Virus record (IMG/VR): IMGVR_UViG_3300042821_000035
Reading direction: 5' to 3' (one strand)
Length of the DNA stretch: 64,000 nt
From: a virus
Within the stretch, counting starts at the first letter, position 1. Each line of letters opens with the position of its first letter. This document shows, in pieces, positions 9,254 through 18,716 of the stretch. A model generated the notes under the pieces. It searched no databases and was not told the DNA's origin. It saw nothing but the letters and a program-made list of their open reading frames with translations. The position numbers and the translations under genes are program-made.

Positions 9254-9409
9254 TTAGCCGGGCCTGCAGGGTGCGGGCTCTACTGGCACTTCCTTGTTGC
9301 CGCACCTCGGGCAGAACGGCAGACCCTTGGCGAATGTCTTGATGGTGATCGAGCGGGTCGCCTTGCACGCAGTACAGCGCAACAGCACGCGCTCGATCTT
9401 CTTAACCAT
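9254..9409 (-). CDS. Small zinc-ribbon protein
   Basis: CTAC...CPRC pair; start placed at ATG 9409 (MVKKIERV). Confidence 0.55.
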   Translation of the reverse strand: MVKKIERVLLRCTACKATRSITIKTFAKGLPFCPRCGNKEVPVEPAPCRPG

Positions 9410-9614
9410 TGCGCACGCGCGCAAGCTCGCGCTCGATGTCAGCCAAGATGTCCTCACGCGGTCGCTTCGGTGGCAGGCCTCGCGATAAGGCTTCAACCTC
9501 GATGATCAGGTTGATCAGCCCGACATGCTTATCCGCTGACATCGTGTTGGCGGCGACCCTCAAGGCGCGCTGCTTCATGATCTCGACAGCGTCCCTGATC
9601 TCGTCGTCGGTCAT
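9402..9614 (-). CDS. Hypothetical protein (70 aa)
   Basis: ATG at 9614 overlaps the upstream stop. Confidence 0.55.
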   Translation of the reverse strand: MTDDEIRDAVEIMKQRALRVAANTMSADKHVGLINLIIEVEALSRGLPPKRPREDILADIERELARVRNG

Positions 9615-9805
9615 CTTCTTTCCAGCCACGGCGGCAATTCCTCTGGCACGTTGGTGCACTTGGTCAGCTTGATCTGATCAGCGATGGGCTGTGCCTCCCA
9701 CTCCCACGTCATGCCGTTGCGCGCCTGCTCCTTGAGCCATTCGCGCCAGCTTTCATCGCGCGGGGTCTTCCACAGGTCGATGAAGAGCGTGTCGTGCTTA
9801 GCCAT
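9611..9805 (-). CDS. Hypothetical protein (64 aa)
   Basis: Overlapping, coupled ORF in the operon. Confidence 0.55.
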   Translation of the reverse strand: MAKHDTLFIDLWKTPRDESWREWLKEQARNGMTWEWEAQPIADQIKLTKCTNVPEELPPWLERR

Positions 9806-9946
9806 CGTCGTCGCCCAGATACGCCAGCGCCTCGCGCAATGCGTCCCTCACGTCGTCGAAGTCTGCCTGCGCGGGCGATAGCCCCTCGGTCTTGTGCTCG
9901 GTGTCGTAGCTGTAAAGCTCGACCGATCCATCTCTCACAACAACAA

Positions 9947-10141
9947 TCATGGCTTCGGCTTCTCAGGTTTTTTCCAACGGTCCAGCGCGTCCATCAGCTT
10001 CAGCGATGGCACCTCCTGCCCGCTCCACTCCCCGGTGGTGGCGTGCACGGCCAGACGGACGGCGCACCAGTACACCAACTCGCGCGGCATGGCCCATGCG
10101 ATGCGCGCCCAGATGTTGTCGCGGTCAAAGGTGCGGCTCAT
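9947..10141 (-). CDS. Hypothetical protein (64 aa)
   Basis: ATGA-coupled ORF in the operon. Confidence 0.55.
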   Translation of the reverse strand: MSRTFDRDNIWARIAWAMPRELVYWCAVRLAVHATTGEWSGQEVPSLKLMDALDRWKKPEKPKP

Positions 10142-10402
10142 TCTTTCCCATGTCTCTCGGTGAAGCCGTGTTCACGCTCGGCTGCCTGTCGCGCTGCAAT
10201 GGCCTCGTCTTGTGTACCGAACGTGCCCAGCCAGATTGTCTTGTTGTTAACAATCGACAACGTGCATGCTGTTGAACGCTGGCTTGCCTGCGTAGCGAGT
10301 ATTCCACCAATCAAGATCGCGCTTCTTCCAAACAAACAAACCGGTGCTCGGGTTGTAGCTCAGATGCTCGCGTGCTATCTCTTGTGTAAGTTGTGTTTTC
10401 AT
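10138..10402 (-). pseudogene. Internally deleted HNH/AP2 homing endonuclease remnant
   Basis: ATG 10402 overlaps the terL stop and reads MKTQLTQEIAREHLSYNPSTGLFVWKKR...WNTRYAGK (HNH N-terminus), then stops; another frame gives the AP2-like end KTIWLGTFGTQDEAIAARQAAE; no HNH core between. Confidence 0.7.
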
Positions 10403-11877
10403 CCAACCCAATCTAAACTTGAATCGTACTTGCGCATGCTCTCAGCGAGTTTGTTAAACGCCCCCGCCGTCGCGTCCACCTGATCTTTATACTTTCCTAA
10501 AGGGAATTGCTCGTGCTCATCGAGGAACGCCCTATTCCATTCGCCTGCTACCAGTGAGACATCGCCATTCTGCACGGCACCGGCGTACGGCTCGGCGCGC
10601 ACTTCCTTGGCGCCGGTCACCTTGTCGGCAAAGGCGCCGAACTGCTTGAACCTGCGGATCGAGGCCTCGGCACTCTCCTTGCCGCCTGAGCCCGGCTCCT
10701 GCTCGAACCAGATCGAGTATTGCCTGCAGGAGGCGTCATCGGCCTCGGCGGCCTGCATCAGGCGGCGCTCCCGCTCCAGCACCGGCCACTGCCCCCGCAG
10801 CATGTCTTCCACCACGGTGGTGCCGTCCCGCATGTCGTGCACGAGGGCGGCTGCCGTATAGGCGCCATCCTCCTCGGTCGATGCCTTGTCCACGTAGCGG
10901 ATGCTGCGGCGCACCTGAGAACGGTTGAAGCTCGTGATGATCTTGAACCGGTCCACCGGAAACATGTCACCACCGGCGGCAATCGGTGTCTGTTGATAGA
11001 CGCTCTGCCAGCCTGCCTCGGTCAGCACCTTGCGGCGTTCATTGAGGAACGACAGTGGCTTCAGCTGGGGAAACAGCGCCTCGCCCTTGTTGCGGTGCTT
11101 CTCATCGCGCTCGGCAATGGCCGGATATCGCAGCACCTTGGTGTTGGGGAAGTGCTCCAGCCACCTGCCTGCCGGATCGTCGAGGTGCCACCTCGTCATG
11201 ATCATCAGGAAGCCCGCGTTGTTGGAGAACCGGCCGAAGAAGTCGTCGGTGAACCAATTCCACGTCTTGTCGCGCACGGTCTTGGACGATGCCTCGGCGC
11301 GGCCCTTCATCGGGTCATCGACCACCCCGAGGTCGAGCCCCATGCCGTTGATCTGGCCCATCACGGTGGTGTTTCGGAAGCCGCCCTGATGGCCGACATA
11401 TTCCAGCACCGAGCTATTGCGCATCCACCGGCCCGAGCCCTCCATCGCGGTGTTGGTGTCGTTCAGCTTGGTCTTCCTGAACGCCAGCTTGTAGTTGGGG
11501 CTGTCGAAGATGCGCTGCAGCGACAGGTTCACCCGGACGCCGAGGTCTTCCGAGTAGCTGGCAAAGATGGTTTTCAGGTCCGGGTTCATCCCGGCCACCC
11601 ATGCCACGAAGTCGCTCACCTGCTCGGTCTTGCCGTGCTGCGGTGGCGCCTGCAGCACCATGGCCGGGCGCTTGCCTGCGACAAGGTCGTCCCAGAACGT
11701 CATCAGGTGCTTGGCAACATCCTCTTGCCACCACGCGTCCAGCATCTTGGGCCGGATCAGGCGCCTGAAATGCTTGAAGTGCTTGCGGGCATTGGAGCCT
11801 GCCAACTCCTCAGTCAGCGCTAACTCGGTCGAGTTGAACTCAGTCTTGACTGGAAGAAACTGGACCATTGTCTGCAT
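10399..11877 (-). CDS. terL: Terminase large subunit
   Basis: Walker A APPQHGKT, Walker B VVDDP, IMTRWH motif, nuclease-domain DKAS and C-terminal KDQVDA. Confidence 0.95.
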   Translation of the reverse strand: MQTMVQFLPVKTEFNSTELALTEELAGSNARKHFKHFRRLIRPKMLDAWWQEDVAKHLMTFWDDLVAGKRPAMVLQAPPQHGKTEQVSDFVAWVAGMNPDLKTIFASYSEDLGVRVNLSLQRIFDSPNYKLAFRKTKLNDTNTAMEGSGRWMRNSSVLEYVGHQGGFRNTTVMGQINGMGLDLGVVDDPMKGRAEASSKTVRDKTWNWFTDDFFGRFSNNAGFLMIMTRWHLDDPAGRWLEHFPNTKVLRYPAIAERDEKHRNKGEALFPQLKPLSFLNERRKVLTEAGWQSVYQQTPIAAGGDMFPVDRFKIITSFNRSQVRRSIRYVDKASTEEDGAYTAAALVHDMRDGTTVVEDMLRGQWPVLERERRLMQAAEADDASCRQYSIWFEQEPGSGGKESAEASIRRFKQFGAFADKVTGAKEVRAEPYAGAVQNGDVSLVAGEWNRAFLDEHEQFPLGKYKDQVDATAGAFNKLAESMRKYDSSLDWVG

Positions 11878-12020
11878 CCGCCACGGCGTCTTCTAGAGCA
11901 TCGGCCGGGACGTTGGCCTCCAGCAACAGCTTTTTGCGTAACTCGGCGCGGTCGAACTCGCCGTTTCGGTAGTCTCTGATGATCTCGTCGGCCTCGGTCA
12001 GGTCTAATAGCTGGGTGGGG

Positions 12021-12446
12021 TCAATCTTGGTTGGCGTCCTCCAACGCATCTTCGAACTCCTCCTCGTTGTCGATCTCGGGTGGGTTGAGCAGCCGGATGT
12101 CGATACCCCGGCTTTCCAGTTCACGGCGGATTTCCTCGACGCTGCGGTAGGTCACCTCTACCCGCACGTCGGTCTGATTGTTCTCCTGCACCGGGATCAG
12201 GCGCCCGAGCAGCATGCAGAAGGTGCGGCTGTCGTCACGTGCCACGCGTCTAAGATACCCGATCAGCTTGCCCGTGCCACAGCAATCGGAGCCCTCCATC
12301 TCGGCGGCGATCATGATCGCTTCCTTGAGCACGCGGGTGACGTGATTGCCCGAGCCGATCTTGCGGCCGCCCTTCTTCTCGTGGCCGGGTTGAAACAAGT
12401 TCTTCGGCGTCTTGGGTTGCGCAACAGCCTTGGCTGCCTTTGCCAT
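12021..12446 (-). CDS. terS: Terminase small subunit (putative)
   Basis: FQPGHEKKGGRKIGSGNHVTRVLKEAI N-terminal motif typical of small terminases; upstream of terL. Confidence 0.65.
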   Translation of the reverse strand: MAKAAKAVAQPKTPKNLFQPGHEKKGGRKIGSGNHVTRVLKEAIMIAAEMEGSDCCGTGKLIGYLRRVARDDSRTFCMLLGRLIPVQENNQTDVRVEVTYRSVEEIRRELESRGIDIRLLNPPEIDNEEEFEDALEDANQD

Positions 12447-12549
12447 TGTGAAGTCCTCACTAATTTAGTGGAGCGGGTTTTTTGAGGGCCTACCGGCGGT
12501 CCACGGAATCAACGATTCCGATCAGCCACGACACATGTCTCTCTCATCA

Positions 12550-13023
12550 TCAGCGCAGGAGACCGGACGCTAATTCCATTCGACCCAGTGTATTCAGCAA
12601 AACGACCTCCCGTTGCTGGGAGGTCGCGCCTTGGTAGAGACCTTTGCATCCAATGAACAGGCCGCCGGTGACTTGGACTGCCTGTCCCTTGGTGAAGTTG
12701 GATTTCTTCGGTAGCTCGATCAGCCCGTTGCGCTCTGAGGCTTTCATCTTGGTGACGAAGTCATCGGGCAATCGTGCGGGCTCTTGGCCGTTCATCAACA
12801 CCTTGGTGACACCGAAGGTGGAGAACAGCCGGTGCCATCCCTCCTCGATCAGCACGAACAGATAGCGCGGGAAGATGTAGCGCGATGACGGGATGCGGCG
12901 GCCGCGTGTGACGCGAGTGATTTTTTCGCGCGGTGCGTAGTGCGTGAAGCCTTGCCGGTCGAGATGCATGATCACTCGGCGCTCGTTCATCGGCTGTGCT
13001 TGCACCACGGTCCAGAACGTCAA
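12550..13023 (-). CDS. NusG/RfaH-family transcription antiterminator
   Basis: NGN-like WTVVQAQP...YIFPRYLFV and KOW-like FTKGQAVQVTGGLFIG; GGAG RBS before TTG start; heads the late operon. Confidence 0.85.
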   Translation of the reverse strand: MTFWTVVQAQPMNERRVIMHLDRQGFTHYAPREKITRVTRGRRIPSSRYIFPRYLFVLIEEGWHRLFSTFGVTKVLMNGQEPARLPDDFVTKMKASERNGLIELPKKSNFTKGQAVQVTGGLFIGCKGLYQGATSQQREVVLLNTLGRMELASGLLR

Positions 13024-13186
13024 CGCGATGTCTCCCCGGCGATGCTTGGCGAATCACTGTGCGCACGCTGAACGACGCGCGCGGCGCCGTCAATCTGGCT
13101 CCGAGGGCACCCCGGGTTGTCTGGCACGAACGTGTCATTCGGCATGGTGCACAGGGCGCCACGCCCGAGATATCCTCCTAAGTGCT

Positions 13187-13204
13187 TGATATTGCTCAAT
13201 ATCA
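13187..13204. promoter_or_regulatory. Perfect AT-rich palindrome TGATATTG-CT-CAATATCA (operator-like)
   Basis: 8-bp inverted repeat in the divergent intergenic region between the late and early operons. Confidence 0.45.
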
Positions 13205-13713
13205 TATATCACACGCCGCTCTTGAATACCGGGCACGGTGCCCGTATATCTAGTCCTACGGTTGGTTCATTTACCAGCCGGGCGGCACCGGGCCTCTAGC
13301 AACCCCGGCGCCCACACCGGGACCCAGCAAACCCGGCCTGAGCGCGCACCACCTCGGCGGCGGCTGTCATGGAAAAAAGCGGGTCGTCTCAGTGAGGCGG
13401 GGAAAACGTGGAAACATTTGTGCGGAGATCGCGCAGCAGGTCAGGCAGACCATCCACGATAACCCCGAAGCGGCATTGAGGCGGTGAATTCGCGGGACGC
13501 CTCATTGGCTGGCCACGCGGCTGTAACGGCCCAGACTGGGGGCCGACGTGGCTGAACAGACAGCCTCCAAACATTCACAACAAATTCCACTCGCTTACGA
13601 GCGAGTGCATCTACTTCGCGGCGCCAACCGGGACAACGCAGTTTGCAATTCAAGCCCGCAGCGCCGCGACAAGATGCACTACCAACCCACCTGCCATCAA
13701 AGGAGCAACCAAC

Positions 13714-14739
13714 ATGGCAAACCTCTCCGTTAAAGAGCACACCGTTTCCGTTTCCGAAGCAGCGATCATGCTGCGCTTCATGACCGACGCCGGTGACCCC
13801 GTGATGATCTGGGGCCCACCCGGCGTCGGCAAGTCGGACATCGTCCGCCAGCTTGGGCTGGCGACCAACCGCAAGGTGATTGAATTCCGCACCAACATTC
13901 GTGAGCCGGTTGACGTGCGCGGCATCCCGGTGCCCGACATGGTGACCGGCAAGACGCGATGGTTCGTCCCCGACGAACTGCCGCAGGTCGAGCGTGATGG
14001 CGAATTCGGCATCTTGTTCATCGACGAAATCAACACCGGCTCGCCGCAGATGATGGCGGTCATGTTCCAACTGATCTTGGATCGCTGCGTCGGTGACTAC
14101 CACCTGCCCAAGGGCTGGGTGATCGTCGCGGCAGGTAACCGCGTCGGTGACCGCGCCTCGGCGCAACGGATGCCGACCGCGCTGCGCAATCGTTTCGCGC
14201 ACATATTCGTCGAGGCCGATGTCGCATCGTGGACCAACTGGGCCACGGCCAACGACGTGCCGCCTGAACTGGTCGCCTTCATCCGCCTGCGCGGTCAGGA
14301 CGTGCTGCACGTCATGCCGAAGGGCGATGAGAACGCGTTTCCGACTCCACGGTCGTGGACGCGCTGCGGCAAGTACGTCACGGCGCCGAAGCAACACCGC
14401 ATGCGGCTATTCGCTGCCCATGTCGGTGATGCCTACGCTGCCGAGCTTGATGGCTTCATCGACCTCTACAATTCCATCGGCTCGCTCGACGACATCCTCA
14501 CCAACCCGGCCGACGCGAAAGTGCCGACCGAGCCGAGCGTCCGGTTTGCGATCTGCACGGCGCTCGGTCGCATGGCCACCAAGAAGACCTTCCCGGCCAT
14601 CGTCGAATACGCCCAGCGACTGCCGCGTGAATCACAAATCCTCGTGGTGCACGACGCAACGCTGCGCGATGCCAAACTAAAAAACACGGCGACCTACGGT
14701 CAGTGGGCCGTCGCCAACCAAGACTTGGTCATCCAGTGA
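13714..14739 (+). CDS. MoxR-like AAA+ ATPase
   Basis: Walker A GPPGVGKS, Walker B ILFIDEIN, AAGNR and ALRNRF motifs. Confidence 0.9.
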   Translation: MANLSVKEHTVSVSEAAIMLRFMTDAGDPVMIWGPPGVGKSDIVRQLGLATNRKVIEFRTNIREPVDVRGIPVPDMVTGKTRWFVPDELPQVERDGEFGILFIDEINTGSPQMMAVMFQLILDRCVGDYHLPKGWVIVAAGNRVGDRASAQRMPTALRNRFAHIFVEADVASWTNWATANDVPPELVAFIRLRGQDVLHVMPKGDENAFPTPRSWTRCGKYVTAPKQHRMRLFAAHVGDAYAAELDGFIDLYNSIGSLDDILTNPADAKVPTEPSVRFAICTALGRMATKKTFPAIVEYAQRLPRESQILVVHDATLRDAKLKNTATYGQWAVANQDLVIQ

Positions 14740-14747
14740 TCGAGCAG

Positions 14748-14773
14748 CGGCGCCAATCCCGGCGCCGCTTTTC
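14748..14773 (+). terminator. Hairpin GCGGCGCC-AATCCC-GGCGCCGC + TTTT
   Basis: 8-bp GC stem followed by T-run after the AAA gene. Confidence 0.6.
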
Positions 14774-14793
14774 ATTCTCAAAGGAGCAACACC

Positions 14794-15684
14794 ATGAACT
14801 CGATGCAAATCACCACGCCGTTGTCACGCAAGGCCGTTCTGGTCTCGGTCAACATCTCGCAGTGGACTGCCCGCAAGCTCGACCGCAAGGTCACCGACGA
14901 AACCAACCGCAAGTATCACGCGGCCGACGACGCCGGGCGCTACAACAAGCTGCTCATCGCCTCCGAGCATCTGGCTGAACTCACCGGCATGGTGAGCAAG
15001 GCGCGCATGCTGCACTACAAGATGACGCAGCCGTGGGCCGACGATGGCCCGCGCATTCTGCCCAACGCGCTGTTCTCGAAATTCAGTGATGAGTTTCGCA
15101 CCCTGAAGCGTGAATTCAACGATGCCGCCGACCGCTTCTGTGCGGCCTACCCGGCATTCGTCGAGGAGCGCAAGAAGGCGCTGAACGGCCTGTTCAATGA
15201 CGGCGACTACCCGTCGGCCGATGACATCCGCAGCAAGTTCAATCTTGATCTGACCATCCTGCCATTCCCCGACGCTGCCGACTTCCGCAGCGAGCTGGAC
15301 GATGACACGGTGGCTGAGATCAGGGCGCAGCTGCAGGTCACCACCTCCACGGTGGTTGACAAGGCGATGGCGCACACGGTCGAACGGATCGTCTCGGTGG
15401 TTGGCCACATGGCCAACAAGCTGACGGCCTACTCGAACCGGGCGCCCGGCGAGTTAGGCGGCGTGTTCAGGGACTCGCTAGTCGAGAACGTTCGCGAACT
15501 CGCCGATCTGTTGCCCGCCTTCAATCTGGTGGGCGATGCCAAGCTCGATGAGATCGCCAAGCGGATCAAAGCCGAGCTTTGCACCGAGGACGCCAAGAGC
15601 CTGCGCGAAAACGACGGCGCCCGCGAAGCCGTGCAGAAGTCCGCAGACGAAATCGTTGCCGCAGTCTCCGGACTATTCGGCTGA
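14794..15684 (+). CDS. DUF3150-like protein
   Basis: 296 aa; LVSVNISQWTARKLD...YP...IRSKF pattern resembles DUF3150; sits between the AAA and VWA genes. Confidence 0.55.
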   Translation: MNSMQITTPLSRKAVLVSVNISQWTARKLDRKVTDETNRKYHAADDAGRYNKLLIASEHLAELTGMVSKARMLHYKMTQPWADDGPRILPNALFSKFSDEFRTLKREFNDAADRFCAAYPAFVEERKKALNGLFNDGDYPSADDIRSKFNLDLTILPFPDAADFRSELDDDTVAEIRAQLQVTTSTVVDKAMAHTVERIVSVVGHMANKLTAYSNRAPGELGGVFRDSLVENVRELADLLPAFNLVGDAKLDEIAKRIKAELCTEDAKSLRENDGAREAVQKSADEIVAAVSGLFG

Positions 15685-15749
15685 TCACTGAGTGCAGCGG
15701 GCATGTCCCGCTGCATCACAGTGACCATCAATCAACAAAGGAGCAAACC

Positions 15750-17261
15750 ATGTCAGACCTCAACACCAAAGCGATGTCACGCATCGAGAAGGCGCGCGTC
15801 CGGTTATCACTGGAGCGCAAATTCTACGGCGTGCTGGTCGCCAACGTCGAGCCGGTGATCTCGGAAAAGTTTCCGACCGCCGCCACCAACGGCAAGCAGC
15901 ACTTCTGGAATCCGAAGTTCATCTCTGAACTGACCGAGGACGAAGTGCTCGGCGTGCAGGTGCACGAATCAGAACACGATGCGCGCCATCACGGCACGCG
16001 TCGCAACGGGCGCGATCCCGAGCTTTGGAATATCGCCTGCGACTACGCGATCAACATCGACCTGATCGACGAGGGCTTCACGTTGCCGAAGGGCGCGCTG
16101 ATCGACCCGAAGTATCGCGGCATGTCAGCCGAGGATATTTATAGATCGCGCGAACTGGATTCGCGGCAGCCGCAACCCGAGCCCGAGCAGCCCGGCGACG
16201 ACACCAACCCGGATCAGAACCCGGACGAACCCGGACAGAACCCGGATGAGCCCGGACAGGGCGACGATGGAACCGCTGGCGAGGCCGCTGGTGAGGGCGA
16301 AGGCGATGAGGGGCAGGAAGATGCCCCCGGCGCCGGGAACTCACCCGGCGAGGCTGGCAACGAGGCTGGCGAGGCGTCCGGTGATGAACCGGGCACCGAA
16401 CCCGGCGACGGCACCGGCAACGGTGCTGATGGCAAGGCGCGGCGTGGCTTGGCATGCACTGGCGAGCCACGGCTCGGCGAGGCAGGCGAGGCCGACGGTG
16501 AAGGCGAGCCGGAGCAATCCGGTTCGCCCGATCCGGCAGCCTCCGGCGATCCCGGCCAGTGCGGTCAGGTGCTGGACTCGGTTGGCGATGCCAACGAGAT
16601 CGCCGAACAGGACAGCGACTGGGAGCGCAAGGTCCGGCAGGCGGTGTCGATGGCGAAGGCCGCTGGCCAGCTGCCCGGCTACGTCTCCCGCGACATCGAG
16701 CGCGCCAATTCACCGCCGCGCGATTGGCGGGATGAGCTTCGCGAATTCGCGGAGCAGGGCGCGCTCAGGGTCGAGACTTGGTCAAGACCGAACCGGCGCT
16801 TCATGGGTCGCGGCCTGATCCTGCCGTCCACCCAGAAGGACGGCGTCAACAAGGCATGCTTCCTGATCGACACCTCGGGCTCGTGCGACCAAGTCGCGCT
16901 GGCCCTCGTCAACGATGAAGCTCAGGCGCTGCTCGATGACGGCGTGGTCGATCAGGTCATCGCGATCTATGGCGACACGCGGGTTACTCGCGTGGATGAG
17001 TACAACAGCGGCGACGAAATCGAGTTCGACCCCCGAGGCGGTGGCGGCACCGACATGGCGCCGCTGTTCGACTACGTGGCAACCGAGCACGATGACGCCT
17101 CGCTGATCATCTGCTTCACCGACTTGGAATTCTACAAGTCGTGCGGTGACGAACCGCAGTGCCCGGTGCTGTTCGCCGTGCACGGCTACCCGCAGAACGT
17201 CAGGCGCCTGATGGAGACCGCCCCGTGGGGCGCACGCTGCATCGACGTTGGCGTTCACTGA
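15750..17261 (+). CDS. DUF2201-like metallopeptidase + VWA domain protein
   Basis: TAATNG, HESEH (HExxH), WNIACDYAIN; acidic G/E/P linker; MIDAS DTSGS; GGGGTD; start at 15750 after AAAGGAGCAA. Confidence 0.88.
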   Translation: MSDLNTKAMSRIEKARVRLSLERKFYGVLVANVEPVISEKFPTAATNGKQHFWNPKFISELTEDEVLGVQVHESEHDARHHGTRRNGRDPELWNIACDYAINIDLIDEGFTLPKGALIDPKYRGMSAEDIYRSRELDSRQPQPEPEQPGDDTNPDQNPDEPGQNPDEPGQGDDGTAGEAAGEGEGDEGQEDAPGAGNSPGEAGNEAGEASGDEPGTEPGDGTGNGADGKARRGLACTGEPRLGEAGEADGEGEPEQSGSPDPAASGDPGQCGQVLDSVGDANEIAEQDSDWERKVRQAVSMAKAAGQLPGYVSRDIERANSPPRDWRDELREFAEQGALRVETWSRPNRRFMGRGLILPSTQKDGVNKACFLIDTSGSCDQVALALVNDEAQALLDDGVVDQVIAIYGDTRVTRVDEYNSGDEIEFDPRGGGGTDMAPLFDYVATEHDDASLIICFTDLEFYKSCGDEPQCPVLFAVHGYPQNVRRLMETAPWGARCIDVGVH

Positions 17262-17268
17262 CAAAGAC

Positions 17269-17294
17269 CCGGCGGCAATCGTGCCGCCGGTTTC
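17269..17294 (+). terminator. Hairpin CCGGCGGC-AATCGT-GCCGCCGG + TTT
   Basis: 8-bp stem after the VWA gene. Confidence 0.55.
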
Positions 17295-17312
17295 CATTCA
17301 AAGGAGCAAGCC

Positions 17313-17516
17313 ATGATCGTTCAGTACAACAACAAGACCTATCGCGTCAGCGGCACCACCGGTGACGTTGAGGTTCGCATCAAGCAGGGCGAACCGCGCG
17401 TCATGCAGCGCAGCCCGCGCTCGGCATACTGGCGCAGCCTGAAGCGTAGCAGTGAGACTGCGCTGCAGGTTCGCATTCGTGCTTTCATCAAGACCCCAAA
17501 GGAGCAAACCAAATGA
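17313..17516 (+). CDS. Hypothetical early protein (67 aa)
   Basis: AAAGGAGCAA RBS; coupled ORF. Confidence 0.7.
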   Translation: MIVQYNNKTYRVSGTTGDVEVRIKQGEPRVMQRSPRSAYWRSLKRSSETALQVRIRAFIKTPKEQTK

Positions 17517-17806
17517 TTGACCCAACCAGACTCGACGCCAACGCAATACTCGCAATGATCGACCGTGCCTTGCACAGCGAACCAGAGCCGCCGCAGCCGC
17601 TCGACCTCAACACCGCACAGTTGATCAGCCGCCTGATCACCGCGCGCTCGGTGGCGCAGGACGGCGTCAACCGCGTCCTGAACGACGACGACGACAAATT
17701 TGATAACGCGAAGTTCAACCGCTACCGGCAGGAGCACATCGAGGCCAGCAACCAACTCGGTGCGCTCGGCATTTTCGTCAACACCTATGAGGGAGATGTC
17801 ACGTGA
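17513..17806 (+). CDS. Hypothetical early protein (97 aa)
   Basis: AAAGGAGCAA RBS; coupled ORF. Confidence 0.7.
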   Translation: MIDPTRLDANAILAMIDRALHSEPEPPQPLDLNTAQLISRLITARSVAQDGVNRVLNDDDDKFDNAKFNRYRQEHIEASNQLGALGIFVNTYEGDVT

Positions 17807-18060
17807 GGTTCTATTACGTTGACGCCTGCGACGAACTCGAACTGGCTGGCGATCCCGCCCGCTATCATGCCACGCTGGCCAGCGCCAAGCTGGCCGCCCA
17901 GTGGGCCGCCAACGAGCGCGGTGGCCCCGTCGCGATAGAATGCATCTACGTGCCCGCCACCAAAGACAACGTGCTGCTCCTGCTCAATTGCTGGAGCGGC
18001 ACCGAGGTCGTCAAGGCCATTGTCTACACCGTAAACCCAAAGGAGCAACACGATGACTGA
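17803..18060 (+). CDS. Hypothetical early protein (85 aa)
   Basis: GGGAG RBS, GTG start overlapping the previous stop. Confidence 0.65.
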   Translation: MRFYYVDACDELELAGDPARYHATLASAKLAAQWAANERGGPVAIECIYVPATKDNVLLLLNCWSGTEVVKAIVYTVNPKEQHDD

Positions 18061-18355
18061 GAGACCTGATCCTGTACTGATCCTGAGCGACGCGCGCGGC
18101 GTCTACATCCCGCGTGACTTCACCTCCAACGTGGCGCGCGAGCGTGTCACTGGCGTGAGCGACGAGGACTGGGCCGCACTCGCGGCCGGTCCCGATCATT
18201 CCGAGTACTGGGATGCGTGGGGCGATGTCTGCGACCACGCCGTCGTCACCGATGACAACGGCAACAAGTATCGCGTCTATCAAGAAGGCGATTGCTGGCT
18301 GATCCCAGACGGCATGACGTGGGATGATGAAGCAGATGGCTGGCGCTGGCCATGA
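18053..18355 (+). CDS. Hypothetical early protein (100 aa, acidic/Trp-rich)
   Basis: AAAGGAGCAA RBS. Confidence 0.7.
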   Translation: MTERPDPVLILSDARGVYIPRDFTSNVARERVTGVSDEDWAALAAGPDHSEYWDAWGDVCDHAVVTDDNGNKYRVYQEGDCWLIPDGMTWDDEADGWRWP

Positions 18356-18378
18356 CAACCACCAAAAGGAGCAACCAA

Positions 18379-18702
18379 ATGGACGAAATGAAATCTCACT
18401 ACCTCAAGCTCGCCCGCGATCTCTACCGGGGGAGCGGCACCATCGAGCAGCGCGAACAGGCGTTGCCCTACGTCTCGTTCTGCATCGACGATGCGATGAG
18501 CGAGCGATCCATCGAGGACATGCCCGCCAACGCACGGCTGGTTGGCTGGCAGTGCGGCTTCGAGCCGCTGTTCGTCGCGGTCTGGTCTTACCTCGACGTT
18601 CGCATCGACGATGCCGAGGCCGAGGAGTTGGCCGCGTGCTATTTGGTGGAGCGCAAATGGTTCGCCGCCGGTGAGGCCCGCCCCGCTGATTACATCCTGT
18701 GA
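18379..18702 (+). CDS. Hypothetical early protein
   Basis: AAAGGAGCAA RBS before ATG 18379. Confidence 0.7.
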   Translation: MDEMKSHYLKLARDLYRGSGTIEQREQALPYVSFCIDDAMSERSIEDMPANARLVGWQCGFEPLFVAVWSYLDVRIDDAEAEELAACYLVERKWFAAGEARPADYIL

Positions 18703-18716
18703 GAAAGGAGCAACCA

